A stretch of 64,000 bases of DNA from an uncultured Candidatus Saccharibacteria bacterium (GCA_964553015.1 CAZKJE010000002.1:14175-78174); one strand, 5' to 3'; shown: positions 8,566 to 19,865, numbered from the stretch's first letter. The notes: a model not told the origin generated them from the sequence alone. Program-made: numbers and translations.

Positions 8566-11500
8566 AGTATTTAAAAAAATATTGGTATTGGGTTCGGGAG
8601 CCTTAAAGATCGGCGAAGCGGGAGAATTTGATTATTCCGGCAGCCAAGCCATCAAGGCGCTCAAGGAAGAAAAAGTAAAAGTAATTTTAGTAAACCCAAA
8701 CATCGCAACTTTCCAGACTTCAAAAACTTTTGCCGATGAAGTTTATTTTCTGCCGATAAACGAATATTTTGTGGAAAAAGTTATCAAAAAAGAACGTCCA
8801 GACGGTATCTGCCTTTCTTTCGGTGGACAAACTGCTCTGAACTGCGGACTTGCCCTAGCAGAGAAGGGAATATTTAAAAAATACAATGTAGAAATTTTAG
8901 GAAGTCCGATTTCTTCGATAGAACTCACCGAAGATAGGGAAAAATTTGCAGAACATTTACGAAGCATACATATTCCCGTACCGCCTTCCGGCAGCGCGAC
9001 TACATTTAAAGAAGCAAAAAAAATTGCGGAAAGAATTGGGTTTCCGCTCATGGTCCGTGCAGCGTTTGCCTTGGGCGGACAGAAGTCCGGTGTGGCAGGC
9101 AGTATGGAAGAGCTTGAAGAAATAGTTGCCGGCGCACTCTCAATCTCTCCGCAGGTTTTGATAGAAAAATATCTGCATCACTATAAAGAAATTGAATATG
9201 AAGTGGTCCGCGATAAATTCGGGAACTGCGTTACGGTGTGCAACATGGAAAATTTAGATCCGCTCGGAATACACACCGGGGATTCTATTGTGGTCGCACC
9301 CAGCCAGACACTAAATAATGATGAATATCATGGTCTTCGAGAGGCCAGCATAAAAATAGTTGAGAGTTTGAAAATAGTCGGAGAATGCAATGTGCAGTAT
9401 GCTTTGAACCCGACCTCTCCCAACCCTCCCCTTGGCAGGGGAGGAGCTCTAGATTATTTCGTCATTGAAGTAAATGCCAGATTGTCGCGATCCAGCGCGC
9501 TTGCCTCCAAGGCTACAGGTTATCCGCTTGCATACGTCGCCGCTAAACTTGCCCTAGGAAAAAGTTTGCTTGAAGTGGAAAATAAAATCACAAAAGTAAC
9601 CCAGAGTTTCTTTGAGCCGGCTCTTGATTACGTCGTCGTAAAAATGCCGAGATGGGATCTGTCTAAATTTGCCGGCGCGGCGGAACAAATAGGGAGCGCC
9701 ATGAAATCTGTCGGCGAAGTGATGGCTATCGGGCGAAGCTTTGAAGAAGCGCTCCAAAAAGCTGTGCGCATGTGCGGAGCCGGGCAGGAGGGAATAACTG
9801 ACAATGGTTTTAGAAATAGCGCAGATTTAAATAAATTCCTAACAGTTCCGACACCGAAAAGAATTTTTGCAGTAGCCGAAAGTATAAAAAAGGGAGTAAG
9901 CCTGAAAAAAATCCATAAAATAACAGGAATTGATTTGTGGTTCTTGTATAGAATAAAAAATATTGTAAATACGGAACAAATATTTACAAAAACTAAGTTA
10001 CTCAATAAAGAAAATTTACTTATTTTAAAGCAAACCGGATTTTCAGACAAAAAAATTGCGAGCCTATCGGGCAAAACTGAATTAGAAATCAGAAAACTGC
10101 GAAAAAAGCTTGGCGTAACACCATACATTTTTGCGATAGACACTCTCGCGGGAGAATTTCCGGCGAAAACTAATTATTTATATCTTACCTATCATGGAGC
10201 GCACCATGACATACAGCCTTCAGGCAAGAATGCGATCATGGTTCTGGGTTCCGGTCCTTATCACATAGGCTCCTCGGTGGAATTTGACTGGTCTTCGGTG
10301 TACACCGCGCTGGCTCTCTCCAAATACGACAAACAATCAATCATAGTAAATTGCAATCCGGAAACCGTGTCTACGGACTATGATATTTCTAACAGGCTGT
10401 ATTTTGAGGATTTATCTTTTGAAACAGTGGCAGACATTTTTGAATTTGAAATGGCTGGTGGAATTATTATTTCTGTAGGCGGACAACGGCCGAACAATCT
10501 TGCGAAAAAGCTTTCGCAGGCTGAATTTAAAATTTTAGGCACAAAGGCGGAGGATATCGACCGCGCGGAAGACAGAAATGCCTTTTCAGCCCTTCTGGAC
10601 AAATTGGAAATTCTCCAGCCGACATGGCAAAGCTTTACTTCTAAAAAGGACGCGGAAAAATTTACCAAAACTGAAGGCTTTCCCGTGTTAGTCCGGCCTT
10701 CGTACGTGCTTTCCGGCGCGGCTATGCGAGTGTGCTACAACAAAGCCCAGCTTCACAATTTTATCGGCAAAGCCGCAGTTCTTTCGCCTCTTCATCCCGT
10801 CACCATATCTAAATATATTGAAAATGCCAAAGAGCTTGAATTTGATGCCGTGGCGCAGGAGGGAAAAATAATGGTGTATGGAATTTCCGAGCATGTGGAA
10901 AACGCAGGAGTGCATTCGGGAGACGCGACAATCGTGTATCCGACCCAGCGCGTGTATGCGTCTACGGAATTTCAATTGCGAGAAATATCTAAAAAAATTG
11001 CACAAGAGCTTTCCATAACCGGTCCTTTTAATATTCAATTTTTAGTAAAAAATAATATACCATATGTCATTGAAGTAAATGTGCGGGCCAGCCGAACTTT
11101 TCCGCTCTTATCCAAAGCTATGAACATAAACTTTCCGGAAATAGCAGTGGACAGCTTTATGGGACGTGCCAAAGTACAAAAAGTTACCTACCCGAGAAGC
11201 GTAGTTGTAAAGTCTCCGCAGTTTTCTTTCTCTAGATTGCTCGGAGCAGACCCGATACTTCGTGTGGAAATGTCTTCCACGGGCGAAGCAGCCTGCTTTG
11301 GCAAGGATTACGATGAGGCTCTTTTAAAATCAATACTTTCCACCAACAAATTTGATTTCAAAAATAAAAATGTGCTGCTTTCTTTGGGCGGGGAGTTAAA
11401 CAAAGCTAAATTCTTAGAAACTGCGCAAATGCTCCATGCTCTCGGCTATACCATCTTTGCCACAGATACAACAGCAGAATTTCTTCAAAAACAAAACGTG

Positions 11501-11797
11501 AAATGCAGTGCTGTACGCAAGGCTTTTGAGCGGTCGCCAAACGTACTCAATATAATTTTGAGAAAAAAAGTAGCCTTCGTGGTAAATTTAAGCAAGACAG
11601 AGACAGGAATGAGTGGAAACAAAGAAGAGGGAAAGCGTGTCGTTACAGATGGTTTTCGGATACGACGGGCGACAGTAGACGGACAGATACCATTGTTTAC
11701 AGACTTGCATCTAGCGCGCGCGTTTATCAAAGCCCTATTTCATTACAAAGTAGAAGATTTGGAGATTAAATCTTATCAAGAGTATTTAAAAGAATAA
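8555..11797 (+). CDS. carB: Carbamoyl-phosphate synthase large subunit
   Basis: 1080 aa; duplicated ATP-grasp halves, IEVNxRxSRSSALASKATG motif, C-terminal MGS-like domain. Confidence 0.95.
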   Translation: MKNKVFKKILVLGSGALKIGEAGEFDYSGSQAIKALKEEKVKVILVNPNIATFQTSKTFADEVYFLPINEYFVEKVIKKERPDGICLSFGGQTALNCGLALAEKGIFKKYNVEILGSPISSIELTEDREKFAEHLRSIHIPVPPSGSATTFKEAKKIAERIGFPLMVRAAFALGGQKSGVAGSMEELEEIVAGALSISPQVLIEKYLHHYKEIEYEVVRDKFGNCVTVCNMENLDPLGIHTGDSIVVAPSQTLNNDEYHGLREASIKIVESLKIVGECNVQYALNPTSPNPPLGRGGALDYFVIEVNARLSRSSALASKATGYPLAYVAAKLALGKSLLEVENKITKVTQSFFEPALDYVVVKMPRWDLSKFAGAAEQIGSAMKSVGEVMAIGRSFEEALQKAVRMCGAGQEGITDNGFRNSADLNKFLTVPTPKRIFAVAESIKKGVSLKKIHKITGIDLWFLYRIKNIVNTEQIFTKTKLLNKENLLILKQTGFSDKKIASLSGKTELEIRKLRKKLGVTPYIFAIDTLAGEFPAKTNYLYLTYHGAHHDIQPSGKNAIMVLGSGPYHIGSSVEFDWSSVYTALALSKYDKQSIIVNCNPETVSTDYDISNRLYFEDLSFETVADIFEFEMAGGIIISVGGQRPNNLAKKLSQAEFKILGTKAEDIDRAEDRNAFSALLDKLEILQPTWQSFTSKKDAEKFTKTEGFPVLVRPSYVLSGAAMRVCYNKAQLHNFIGKAAVLSPLHPVTISKYIENAKELEFDAVAQEGKIMVYGISEHVENAGVHSGDATIVYPTQRVYASTEFQLREISKKIAQELSITGPFNIQFLVKNNIPYVIEVNVRASRTFPLLSKAMNINFPEIAVDSFMGRAKVQKVTYPRSVVVKSPQFSFSRLLGADPILRVEMSSTGEAACFGKDYDEALLKSILSTNKFDFKNKNVLLSLGGELNKAKFLETAQMLHALGYTIFATDTTAEFLQKQNVKCSAVRKAFERSPNVLNIILRKKVAFVVNLSKTETGMSGNKEEGKRVVTDGFRIRRATVDGQIPLFTDLHLARAFIKALFHYKVEDLEIKSYQEYLKE
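9412..9447. repeat. GC-rich palindromic element in-frame in carB (ctctcccaaccctccccttggcaggggaggagctc)
   Basis: CTCCCCT-TGGC-AGGGGAG perfect hairpin. It adds ~TSPNPPLGRGGA immediately before the conserved YFVIEVNAR segment. Confidence 0.65.
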
Positions 11798-11802
11798 AAT
11801 TT

Positions 11803-12720
11803 ATGCCACACATAATCAAAGCAGAACAGTTTACAAAAAATGATCTGGAAAACATTTTGTCTTTGGCCGGAGTGATGGAAACTAATTGCAAAGATGGAAA
11901 AATAAAAAAAGTCTTAGAAGACAAGGTTGTTGCCTGTATTTTTTATGAGCCGTCCACTCGTACGCGCCTGTCTTTTGAAACCGCAGCGCTCAAGCTCGGC
12001 GCCAAGGTTATTTCTGCCGAGAACGCTATGGAAAATTCGTCCGCCCATAAAGGCGAAACGATAGAAGATACCACTAAAATACTCTGTTCGTATGCGGATG
12101 CCATAGTTATTCGCCACCCTATTGCGGGAACTTTAGAAAAAGCCGCAAAAGTTTCTACGAAACCGCTCATAAATGCCGGCGATGGCACTAATCAGCACCC
12201 TTCGCAGGGGCTTCTGGATGTCTATACTATAAAGAAAGAAAAGAAAAGACTTATGAACTTAAATATTGGATTTGGCGGGGATTTACTAAACAGCCGAACC
12301 CTAAAATCTCTTGTGCCGTTTCTCCGAATGTACGAAAGCAATAAATTTTATTTTATTTCTCCGAAAGAATTAGAACTGCCGAGGGAATATATAAAAGAAT
12401 TACAAAAAAACAAAGTACAGTTTGAAGAATTGAGAAGTCTGGAAGAAGCCTTGCCGCATTTGGATGTGCTGTATATGACCCGAGTGCAGAGAGAAAGATT
12501 CAAAGATATAAGCGAGTATGAAAAAGTAAAAGATTTATTTATTCTTAAAAAAGAACATTTAAAAATACTCAAACCAGATGCAATTATTATGCATCCGCTG
12601 CCAAAAATAAATGAAATTGAAATAGAAGTAGACGCCGATCCGCGCGCCGCCTATTTCCGTCAAGCCGAAAACGGCCTTTACATACGCATGGCGCTTTTGC
12701 AGTATGTTTTAGGAATATAA
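11803..12720 (+). CDS. pyrB: Aspartate carbamoyltransferase catalytic subunit
   Basis: STRTR carbamoyl-phosphate binding motif and HPSQGLLD motif. Confidence 0.9.
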   Translation: MPHIIKAEQFTKNDLENILSLAGVMETNCKDGKIKKVLEDKVVACIFYEPSTRTRLSFETAALKLGAKVISAENAMENSSAHKGETIEDTTKILCSYADAIVIRHPIAGTLEKAAKVSTKPLINAGDGTNQHPSQGLLDVYTIKKEKKRLMNLNIGFGGDLLNSRTLKSLVPFLRMYESNKFYFISPKELELPREYIKELQKNKVQFEELRSLEEALPHLDVLYMTRVQRERFKDISEYEKVKDLFILKKEHLKILKPDAIIMHPLPKINEIEIEVDADPRAAYFRQAENGLYIRMALLQYVLGI

Positions 12721-12721
12721 G

Positions 12722-13810
12722 CTACTGGCTTTCCAAAAACCTGAAGATTTTTTCGTTGGTGAGGACGTTTTCGGCATGCATGCGGGCGCGTTCCGGATCT
12801 GCTTCTTTGTAGTGCTCAAGTATCGCCGAGACTTCTTTAGCCACATCGGTTTCATCTGGCTCTATTTTTTCCGCTTTTGCTATTTCGTTTAATATAAGAG
12901 CTAATTTAGCTTTTTTCTCGGCATCTTTTCTAAAATCTTTTCTTAAGTCCTCCATATTTTTATTCAAGTGCTTCAGATAATCCTCAAATTTTAGCCCCAT
13001 CTGGGTGATGTCGGACTCCATGCGGTATAAAATCTTTTCCAATTCTGCTTCGACTAAAATATCCGGAATTTCAAGCGTGCTTTCGTCAATTATTTTTTCA
13101 ATAATTTGTAAACGCATTTTTTCTTTCTGTAAATTTTCTTTTTCTAGCTTAATATTTTCTTTCAGTTTTGTTCTGAAATCTTCTACGTCCTTAAAAGGTC
13201 CCATGGCTTTCACAAATTCATCATTGAATTCCGGAAGCTCTTCTTTCACCTCTTCCCCCGCCTTCCCCGAAGGGGAAGGAGCCCCTCCCTCTTGGGGAGG
13301 GGTTTGGGGTGGAGTGGCCACATGTATCTTTGGTGCGCGGGATTTTCGTATATCCATTATCGTATTTTCCATATCTTCATCTGTCACAATGATATTCTTT
13401 TCTGCATCAGTGACTTTAGAAATTACTTTTTTCGCCACGGCTTTATAATCCGGAAGCTTAATTTCAGGCAATACTGCAGTTTTTATTTTGAATCCGAGGG
13501 GGTTCTTTCGGGCAAGCTTGGTGATAGAAATATCCGGTCTACTAATAGCATCTATTTTATTTTCTTCTGCTATCTTGGGGTAGGCCTCTCCGAGCGCCAT
13601 CTCGGCCATTTCTCCCAAGATCTGCGCTTCCGGGACATTTGAAACAAGGACATTTTCCGGAACTTTGCCTTTCCTGAATCCCGGGAGTTCCACATTCTCG
13701 CCGATCTTTTTTAAGGCAAGGCTATAGTAGCTCTCAAAAACGTCGGCATCTATCTCGCCTTCTATTTCCACTTCGCTCTTTGGCAGTTTCTTTATATTTA
13801 TTTTTGGCAT
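12722..13810 (-). CDS. tig: Trigger factor (short form, apparently lacking a PPIase domain)
   Basis: N-terminal ribosome-binding signature GFRKGKVP; 362 aa; acidic C-terminal arm. Confidence 0.75.
   Translation of the reverse strand: MPKINIKKLPKSEVEIEGEIDADVFESYYSLALKKIGENVELPGFRKGKVPENVLVSNVPEAQILGEMAEMALGEAYPKIAEENKIDAISRPDISITKLARKNPLGFKIKTAVLPEIKLPDYKAVAKKVISKVTDAEKNIIVTDEDMENTIMDIRKSRAPKIHVATPPQTPPQEGGAPSPSGKAGEEVKEELPEFNDEFVKAMGPFKDVEDFRTKLKENIKLEKENLQKEKMRLQIIEKIIDESTLEIPDILVEAELEKILYRMESDITQMGLKFEDYLKHLNKNMEDLRKDFRKDAEKKAKLALILNEIAKAEKIEPDETDVAKEVSAILEHYKEADPERARMHAENVLTNEKIFRFLESQ
13252..13316. repeat. Tandem pair of GC-rich palindromic elements in-frame in tig
   Basis: ccttccccgaaggggaagg plus cccctccctcttggggagggg; the reverse complement of ggggaggggtttgggg matches the recG-copy word ccccaacccctccc. 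Confidence 0.65.
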
Positions 13811-13848
13811 ACGCCTATACTATATGTAGGAGTCTTGTTTGTCAAAAA

Positions 13849-13878
13849 AAGCCGCTTCGACATGTGTCGAAGCGGCTT
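13849..13878. terminator. Bidirectional intrinsic terminator (aagccgcttcgaca tgt gtcgaagcggctt)
   Basis: Perfect 13-bp stem with flanking A/T runs between tig start region and the downstream minus-strand gene. Confidence 0.7.
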
Positions 13879-13893
13879 TTCCCCGTGCACTTT

Positions 13894-14133
13894 CTACTCT
13901 ACGCTATTTATAGCGTTGGCCTCTATGTTGGAATCTGCAGAGTTGACTTCCATTTCTAAAGAGTTGAGTTCATCCTCGTCAGTAGGGGACACGACTTCTC
14001 CCTGAAGCGTGCCTTCAGGCAAAGGCTGTTCTTCTACTTTAGACTGCCATATGTAGATTCCGCCCGCGATCAGAATAATTATTATTATTATTGACCCGAT
14101 AAGCGCTCCGTTTGATTTTTTTTCTGGTTCCAT
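13894..14133 (-). CDS. Small membrane protein, hypothetical
   Basis: 79 aa, single TM helix (LIGSIIIIIILIAGGIYIW), acidic tail. Confidence 0.4.
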   Translation of the reverse strand: MEPEKKSNGALIGSIIIIIILIAGGIYIWQSKVEEQPLPEGTLQGEVVSPTDEDELNSLEMEVNSADSNIEANAINSVE

Positions 14134-14186
14134 TTGTTTTCCCCGCCACGGCAGGGCAAGTTAATTAAAATTGATAATTTATTAGA

Positions 14187-14864
14187 CTAATTTTCATTTT
14201 CTTCGCTATCACTATTGTCCCCAACTGGCTTCTCTGCCTTAATTGCCTTAATTTTGGTTTTCACAGCATCTTTAAGGGATTTTACTGCGTCTCCCAGAGC
14301 TTTATGAGCTTCTTTTATAAGGGCTTGTGTTTCTTTTGTTAAAGTTTGGAGAGTTGCTTTATTTTCCTCGCTAAGCTTTTCTATGGAAGTGCCAAAAAGG
14401 GCATTGGCCTCGGCAATTTTTGCCTTAGCTTCGTCTATTTTGGTTTCAGCTGTGGCGACAAATGCTTCAGCTCCTGCTGTGTCCACTCCTTTCGCTTTTA
14501 ATTTAGCGATATGGGCGACTACTCTTTCTTTTAAGTTTGTCATTCTCAAAACCGCTCCGTCAAATCTCTCCAGCGCTTTTTCGCGCCCTACGATGCGGGC
14601 TTCTTTTATTTTTGCCTTAGCCGCATCCCTTTCAGTTTTTAAAGATGCTCGCAAAGCTTCCATTTTTGCTTTCGCTTCTTCTCTTTTCATTTCAAACTCC
14701 TTTCTAAATGCGTCTCTATTTGCTTCCCATTCTTTTCTCGCTTCTTCGCGCTTTAGCCGCAGGTCATCCCTAACAGCACCTCCATTTTCTTCCGCGAGTA
14801 CAGAAGAAGTGTTAAAAGAAAGCACTAACGCCAACACCGCAAAAAAACTTAAATATTTTTTCAT
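14187..14864 (-). CDS. Secreted coiled-coil protein, hypothetical
   Basis: Signal peptide (MKKYLSFFAVLALVLSFNTSSVLA), Ala/Lys/Glu-rich heptad-like sequence. Confidence 0.5.
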   Translation of the reverse strand: MKKYLSFFAVLALVLSFNTSSVLAEENGGAVRDDLRLKREEARKEWEANRDAFRKEFEMKREEAKAKMEALRASLKTERDAAKAKIKEARIVGREKALERFDGAVLRMTNLKERVVAHIAKLKAKGVDTAGAEAFVATAETKIDEAKAKIAEANALFGTSIEKLSEENKATLQTLTKETQALIKEAHKALGDAVKSLKDAVKTKIKAIKAEKPVGDNSDSEENEN

Positions 14865-14910
14865 AAATAATTATTTTTTATTAGTTAATAATATAGAACC
14901 CTGTCTGTTA

Positions 14911-16926
14911 TTATATCAGAAAAGCCACGAGAAGCAATGCAACAATGTTGAGTATCTTTATCATCGGATTAATAGCTGGGCCGGCTGTATCTTTATAAGG
15001 GTCGCCGACAGTATCGCCGGTGACAGCGGCCTTGTGCGCATCGCTGCCTTTGCCTCCATGATAGCCTTGCTCTATGTGTTTTTTAGCGTTATCCCAAGCT
15101 CCTCCTCCGGAAGTCATTGATATTGCCACGAAGAGGCCGGTAATGATGGAGCCGACTAACAGTCCGCCCAAAACTATTAAGCCGTTAGTTTTTCCAAAAA
15201 TAATTACTACTAATATAGGGGCGAGGACAGGTATGAGGGCGGGGAGAACCATTTGCTTTATGGCTGCGCCGGTGATTATAGAGACTGCTTTTGCATAATC
15301 AGGCTTTGCAGTACCTTCCATTATTCCTTTTATTTCTCTGAACTGTCTTCGGATTTCTTCAACTACTTTTCCGGCAGTCTTGCCCACTGCTTCCATGCAA
15401 AGCGCTCCGAAATAATATGGAAGCAACCCCCCGATAAATAAGCCGACGATGACGTACGGATTACTAAGATCAAAAGTAAGGCTTTTGCCAGCTTTTATTA
15501 TTTCTTCAGTGTAAGAAGCGAAGAGCACCAGAGCCGCGAGGCCTGCCGAGCCTATGGCGTATCCTTTGGTGACTGCTTTGGTAGTATTTCCGACAGCATC
15601 CAATGGATCTGTAACATCGCGAACTTCTTTTGGAAGCTCCGCCATCTCCGCGATGCCTCCGGCATTGTCAGTGATAGGTCCGTATGCATCTATGGCGACA
15701 ATTATTCCGGTCATGGAAAGCATGGACATTGCCGCGACGGCAATACCGTAGAGTCCGCCGTAATTGTAACTAAGCAATATTCCGAGAACGATGGTAATAA
15801 GAGGCCACGCCGTAGATTTCATTGAAATTGCTAATCCCTGAATGACGTTTGTGCCGTGGCCGGATACTGAAGCCAGCGCGATAGACTGAACAGGGGAATA
15901 TTTTGTAGAGGTAAAATATTCTGTGATGACTACCAATGCACCAGTCACGAGCAAGCCTACAATGGAGCAGATGAACAGATCCATCACGCTGTATGCGCCG
16001 TTTCCGGACATAAGTATTTTTGTAACAGGATAAAACAAAGCTCCGGCAATTAATCCGGAGGCGATGAGCCCTTTATACAAAGCACCCATTATGTTTTGGC
16101 TACTTTTAGTTAATCGTACAAACCAAGTACCGATGATAGAAGCGAATATTGCCATACCGCCGATGACCAGAGGATAAATAATCGCATTTTCAAAATCTAC
16201 AAAAAGAAGCGATCCCAAAAGCATCGTGGCCACAGAAGTGACAGCGTAAGTTTCAAATAAGTCAGCGGCCATGCCGGCGCAGTCTCCGACGTTATCTCCG
16301 ACATTGTCGGCGATAACTCCCGGATTCCTCGGATCATCTTCGGGAATGCCGGCTTCAAGTTTACCCACGAGGTCTGCGCCCACGTCTGCAGCTTTAGTAA
16401 AAATTCCTCCGCCCAATCGAGCGAAAATAGAAATAAGCGAAGCGCCGAATCCGAGGCCGACTAGCGCATTCACGTCTTTAGTAACCATATAAAACAAAGT
16501 TACGCCGAGAAGCGCCAGACCGACGACTAAAAGGCCGGTAACTGTTCCGCCGCGGAAAGCAAGACTAAGTGCCGAATCTATGCCGTCTCGGGCCGCCTCT
16601 GTCGTGCGTACATTTGCGCGCACAGATACATTCATGCCGATGTATCCGGCAAGAGCAGAGAAAACAGCCCCAACTAAAAACCCAAAGGCCATAGTCCAGC
16701 CGAGTTTTTCTATAAATCCGATCGCGAAGAAAAGTATGAGAGCTATATAGCCGATAGTTTTATATTGTTTGTTCAAGTAAGCTCCGGCGCCGTCTTGGAT
16801 TGCCTTGGCGATCTCCTGCATGCGCTCATTACCGGGGCTCTTTTTTAAAATTAGTCTTGCTAAAAATAAACCGTATACGATAGCCACCACAGAACTTATT
16901 AATGCAAACAATAAAAATGAATTCAT
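14911..16926 (-). CDS. hppA: Membrane-bound proton/sodium-translocating pyrophosphatase
   Basis: 671 aa polytopic protein; GGG(I)[16 protein letters not shown] and DNVGDNVGD PPase motifs. Confidence 0.9.
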   Translation of the reverse strand: MNSFLLFALISSVVAIVYGLFLARLILKKSPGNERMQEIAKAIQDGAGAYLNKQYKTIGYIALILFFAIGFIEKLGWTMAFGFLVGAVFSALAGYIGMNVSVRANVRTTEAARDGIDSALSLAFRGGTVTGLLVVGLALLGVTLFYMVTKDVNALVGLGFGASLISIFARLGGGIFTKAADVGADLVGKLEAGIPEDDPRNPGVIADNVGDNVGDCAGMAADLFETYAVTSVATMLLGSLLFVDFENAIIYPLVIGGMAIFASIIGTWFVRLTKSSQNIMGALYKGLIASGLIAGALFYPVTKILMSGNGAYSVMDLFICSIVGLLVTGALVVITEYFTSTKYSPVQSIALASVSGHGTNVIQGLAISMKSTAWPLITIVLGILLSYNYGGLYGIAVAAMSMLSMTGIIVAIDAYGPITDNAGGIAEMAELPKEVRDVTDPLDAVGNTTKAVTKGYAIGSAGLAALVLFASYTEEIIKAGKSLTFDLSNPYVIVGLFIGGLLPYYFGALCMEAVGKTAGKVVEEIRRQFREIKGIMEGTAKPDYAKAVSIITGAAIKQMVLPALIPVLAPILVVIIFGKTNGLIVLGGLLVGSIITGLFVAISMTSGGGAWDNAKKHIEQGYHGGKGSDAHKAAVTGDTVGDPYKDTAGPAINPMIKILNIVALLLVAFLI

Positions 16927-16948
16927 GAGTTTTGTTTTAACTAATAAT

Positions 16949-18109
16949 TTATTCTTCTTTTACTTCGTCAGTGGAAGCTATTTCGCCTCCCATTCCTTTT
17001 ATATCTATTCTCCAGCCGGTAAGCTTGGCGGCAAGGCGGACATTTTGCCCTCCTTTACCGATAGCGAGCGAAAGCTGATCATCGGCTACTTCTACGGTCG
17101 CCTTATGTTCCGTTTCGTCTACGTTGATAGAAATAACTTTTGCCGGAGAAAGCGAATTTGAAACGAACTGTTTTGGATCTCCCGACCACGGAATTATATC
17201 AATTTTTTCTCCGGAAAGTTCATTGGTTATGGTATTTACCCGGGTTCCTTTCTGGCCGACACAAGAGCCGACTGCATCTATGTGCTCATCGTTTGAGTAC
17301 ACTGCGATCTTGGTGCGCGCTCCGGCTTCGCGGGCTACGGATTTTATTTCCACAATGCCATTTTCTATTTCCGGCGCTTCAGTAGCAAAAAGTTTTTCCA
17401 CAAATTTTGGATGCGTGCGGGACAGGCGAAGATTTATTCCCCGCGGGGTGTCTTCCACGCTGTACAAATATGCGCGCACTCGGCGTCCGCGTTCCCAGAA
17501 CTCTCCGGGAATTTGTTCTTCGGCCGGCAATATGCCTGTCGCTCGGTTGAAGTCCACATATACATTGCCCCGCTCTACCTTTTGCACTATGCCGGAAATT
17601 ATTTCGCCTTCCTTGGTGCCGTACTCATCTATGATTGAAGTGCGTTCCGCTTCGCGTATCTTTTGGACTATGACTTGCTTTGCTGTCTGGGCGGCGATGC
17701 GGCCGTAATCATCTTTGGCTTCGAGCGGAAAAATTACTTCATCGTTGAGCTCCACCCCCTTTTTTATTTTCTTGGCATCTTCTAAGAGAATGTGATGCTC
17801 GGGATTAAAATGTACGCGTTCTTCGCCTTCATCTTTTACCGAATATTCGGCATGTTCGCCAAGTTGATGTTTTTTATCATCTTCTAATATCGCAATTGTT
17901 TCATCTACAACTATCTTCACCTGATAGAAATCCGTCTTGCCGCTATCCATGTCAAATTTTGCACGGATAATTTGTCCTTTCTTGCCGTAATCTTTCTTAT
18001 AAGCCGCCGCCATTGCCTGCTCGATGGCTTCGAGTATTTTTGCTTTTGGTATTTTTCGTTCTTCTTCCAGCTGTTCCAAGGCTGATTTGAATGTTTTTAG
18101 GTCTAACAT
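16949..18109 (-). CDS. nusA: Transcription termination/antitermination factor NusA
   Basis: N-terminal domain, S1 domain and two KH domains. Confidence 0.9.
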   Translation of the reverse strand: MLDLKTFKSALEQLEEERKIPKAKILEAIEQAMAAAYKKDYGKKGQIIRAKFDMDSGKTDFYQVKIVVDETIAILEDDKKHQLGEHAEYSVKDEGEERVHFNPEHHILLEDAKKIKKGVELNDEVIFPLEAKDDYGRIAAQTAKQVIVQKIREAERTSIIDEYGTKEGEIISGIVQKVERGNVYVDFNRATGILPAEEQIPGEFWERGRRVRAYLYSVEDTPRGINLRLSRTHPKFVEKLFATEAPEIENGIVEIKSVAREAGARTKIAVYSNDEHIDAVGSCVGQKGTRVNTITNELSGEKIDIIPWSGDPKQFVSNSLSPAKVISINVDETEHKATVEVADDQLSLAIGKGGQNVRLAAKLTGWRIDIKGMGGEIASTDEVKEE

Positions 18110-18140
18110 GGTTGGTTTTTTATTAAATTTTATTAAAAAA

Positions 18141-18160
18141 AGCCCTGTTTCGGACAGGAC
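18141..18160 (-). terminator. Intrinsic terminator downstream of the GNAT gene
   Basis: Minus-strand hairpin (gtcctgtccgaaacagggc) followed by a U-run. Confidence 0.55.
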
Positions 18161-18187
18161 TCATACAAAGGGAGCATAGCATAAAAC

Positions 18188-18715
18188 CTATGTCGATGCA
18201 ACATCTAGTTCCATCTCCATTTCAGGAATCATGGCTCCGCTTTTCATCACTCGCTTTTGGTCCAGCCATTTTTTGCCAGTATCTTTGAATCCAAGCTTTG
18301 TATAGAATCCTATAGCCCTTTCATTATAAGTAGCGCACTGAACAATCCATTTATTTGATGGATTCCCATGTTTTAAAACTTCTTGCCATAACATTTTTCC
18401 TATGCCCTTACCTTGATATTCTGGAGTAACATATATTACCTTAAGCTGATTTTTATCGGCGTGAAAGACAATTGTAATTACCCCCACAATCAAATTTCCG
18501 TTTTTTGCTATAAGAGTTTTTGAATCAGCGCTATCGTTCATTTTTTCCCATTTTTTACTAAGGCCCTCCTGTGTAAAACTTTTTTTGAAATGATCTTCAA
18601 CATCTTCTCTTGTTATGCCTGCTTCTTTATTTGGATATGTCTCCAACCAAGTTTCATAAAGAACTTTTACTATTCCCAACATATCTTTTTGTTCTGGCTG
18701 TGTAATTTTTATCAT
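18188..18715 (-). CDS. GNAT-family N-acetyltransferase
   Basis: Acetyl-CoA binding motif (V..EYQGKGIGKML). Confidence 0.75.
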   Translation of the reverse strand: MIKITQPEQKDMLGIVKVLYETWLETYPNKEAGITREDVEDHFKKSFTQEGLSKKWEKMNDSADSKTLIAKNGNLIVGVITIVFHADKNQLKVIYVTPEYQGKGIGKMLWQEVLKHGNPSNKWIVQCATYNERAIGFYTKLGFKDTGKKWLDQKRVMKSGAMIPEMEMELDVAST

Positions 18716-18957
18716 GTCTTAATTAATAGAATAGGAGATTAAAAATATAAGTCAACAACAATTAGAGCCATATTTTAATAAAACGTAAGCAATATATGCT
18801 CAAAAAGGCCAAAAGGGCAGTTATCCACAGAATCCACAATAGATTTGTGTTTTTGATATTTTTATGGTATACTTCTAAAGAATCAGTAAATTGTCAAAAC
18901 TTCTCAACTAATAAAACACAACCAACAAACACCTCGAAAGAGGGAAAGGAGGGCGTC

Positions 18958-19707
18958 ATGCGGCGCAACATAATCGGTTGTCTCGTTGTTCTCTTGGTCT
19001 TGGCGTTCTCTGTTAACGCACAAGACTCTGAACTCTTAACGCTTGACCGTCGTCCAGACATTTTCTCAACGAAGATGGCGGTCCAACAGGGGGTGGGCGG
19101 AGTTTTCAACTCCGTTCAAATTCCGACTAGACGTCGCGGAGCACGTCGCCCTGTGCCAACTCCCACTTATATGACGCTCGAAATGGGAATCGGAGTAGTG
19201 GGGCCTGACGAGTTCGGGAAGTACAAGGTTCCTTTCTCCATTTGGTTTCCCGTTCCGGAGGGAACCACGTTCACAGGTTACTCTGTGGATGTGAATGGGA
19301 ACAGGAGTTACCTTGGGCACAACACGGTGACCAGCGAAACTGCGAACCTCGGTTGGGCGGGTAATCTCTGGGGTCCATATACGGGAGGTGCTCTCCTGCC
19401 AGAGAGCATCGTAGGGTTCGAGGTTGAGTTTACTGGTAACTTCCAGACCTACGGTATGCATACTCCGGCACCAGGGGCTACCAGACCTCCAGTGATAGTG
19501 GACGTGTACCCCAATGGGTTGCTCTTCCTCAAGGAGACGTTCGCAGTTCCACCGGTTATCTCTCTCAACGGAAGAGGCCATCCGATTCTGAACGGATGGG
19601 TGACTCCGATGGAGGGATATACGGGACCGGACGTTGTCGTAATTAGGTGCACAGGCTTTCCTCGTTCGGAGTGTCTGACCCAGGTCGTCGACATTCCGAC
19701 CTCATAA
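18958..19707 (+). CDS. Secreted hypothetical protein on the high-GC island (the ORF-track start at 18796 is probably an upstream extension)
   Basis: Strong SD (GGAAAGGAGGG) before the ATG at 18958; signal peptide MRRNIIGCLVVLLVLAFSVNA. GC content and codon usage differ visibly from the flanking genes. Confidence 0.6.
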   Translation: MRRNIIGCLVVLLVLAFSVNAQDSELLTLDRRPDIFSTKMAVQQGVGGVFNSVQIPTRRRGARRPVPTPTYMTLEMGIGVVGPDEFGKYKVPFSIWFPVPEGTTFTGYSVDVNGNRSYLGHNTVTSETANLGWAGNLWGPYTGGALLPESIVGFEVEFTGNFQTYGMHTPAPGATRPPVIVDVYPNGLLFLKETFAVPPVISLNGRGHPILNGWVTPMEGYTGPDVVVIRCTGFPRSECLTQVVDIPTS

Positions 19708-19758
19708 CATTGAGAAGTTTAATAGAATCTGACCGAAAGGAAAGGTTCGAAGATCAAC

Positions 19759-19795
19759 CGCCCCGGTTCCGCAAGGAATCCGGGGCATAACTTTT
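19759..19795 (+). terminator. Intrinsic terminator with GNRA tetraloop (gccccggttcc gcaa ggaatccggggc + T-run)
   Basis: 11-bp stem with one bulge, GCAA loop, followed by TTTTT. Confidence 0.65.
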
Positions 19796-19865
19796 TATAC
19801 CAAAGTCTGAGTTATCCACATGCTTTCTTGATATTTTGTTTACTTTTTAAAGTATAATTGAGTAT

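Noticed and set aside
9628-10143. 171-aa minus-strand ORF inside carB, plus other antisense ORFs in carB (8743-9051, 10378-11038)
   Set aside because: Antisense to a highly conserved gene; no start-context support.
14383-15120. 245-aa plus-strand ORF overlapping the coiled-coil gene and hppA
   Set aside because: Antisense shadow ORF; Ala/Ser low-complexity translation.
17124-17708. Plus-strand ORFs antisense to nusA
   Set aside because: Overlap a conserved gene; no independent signals.
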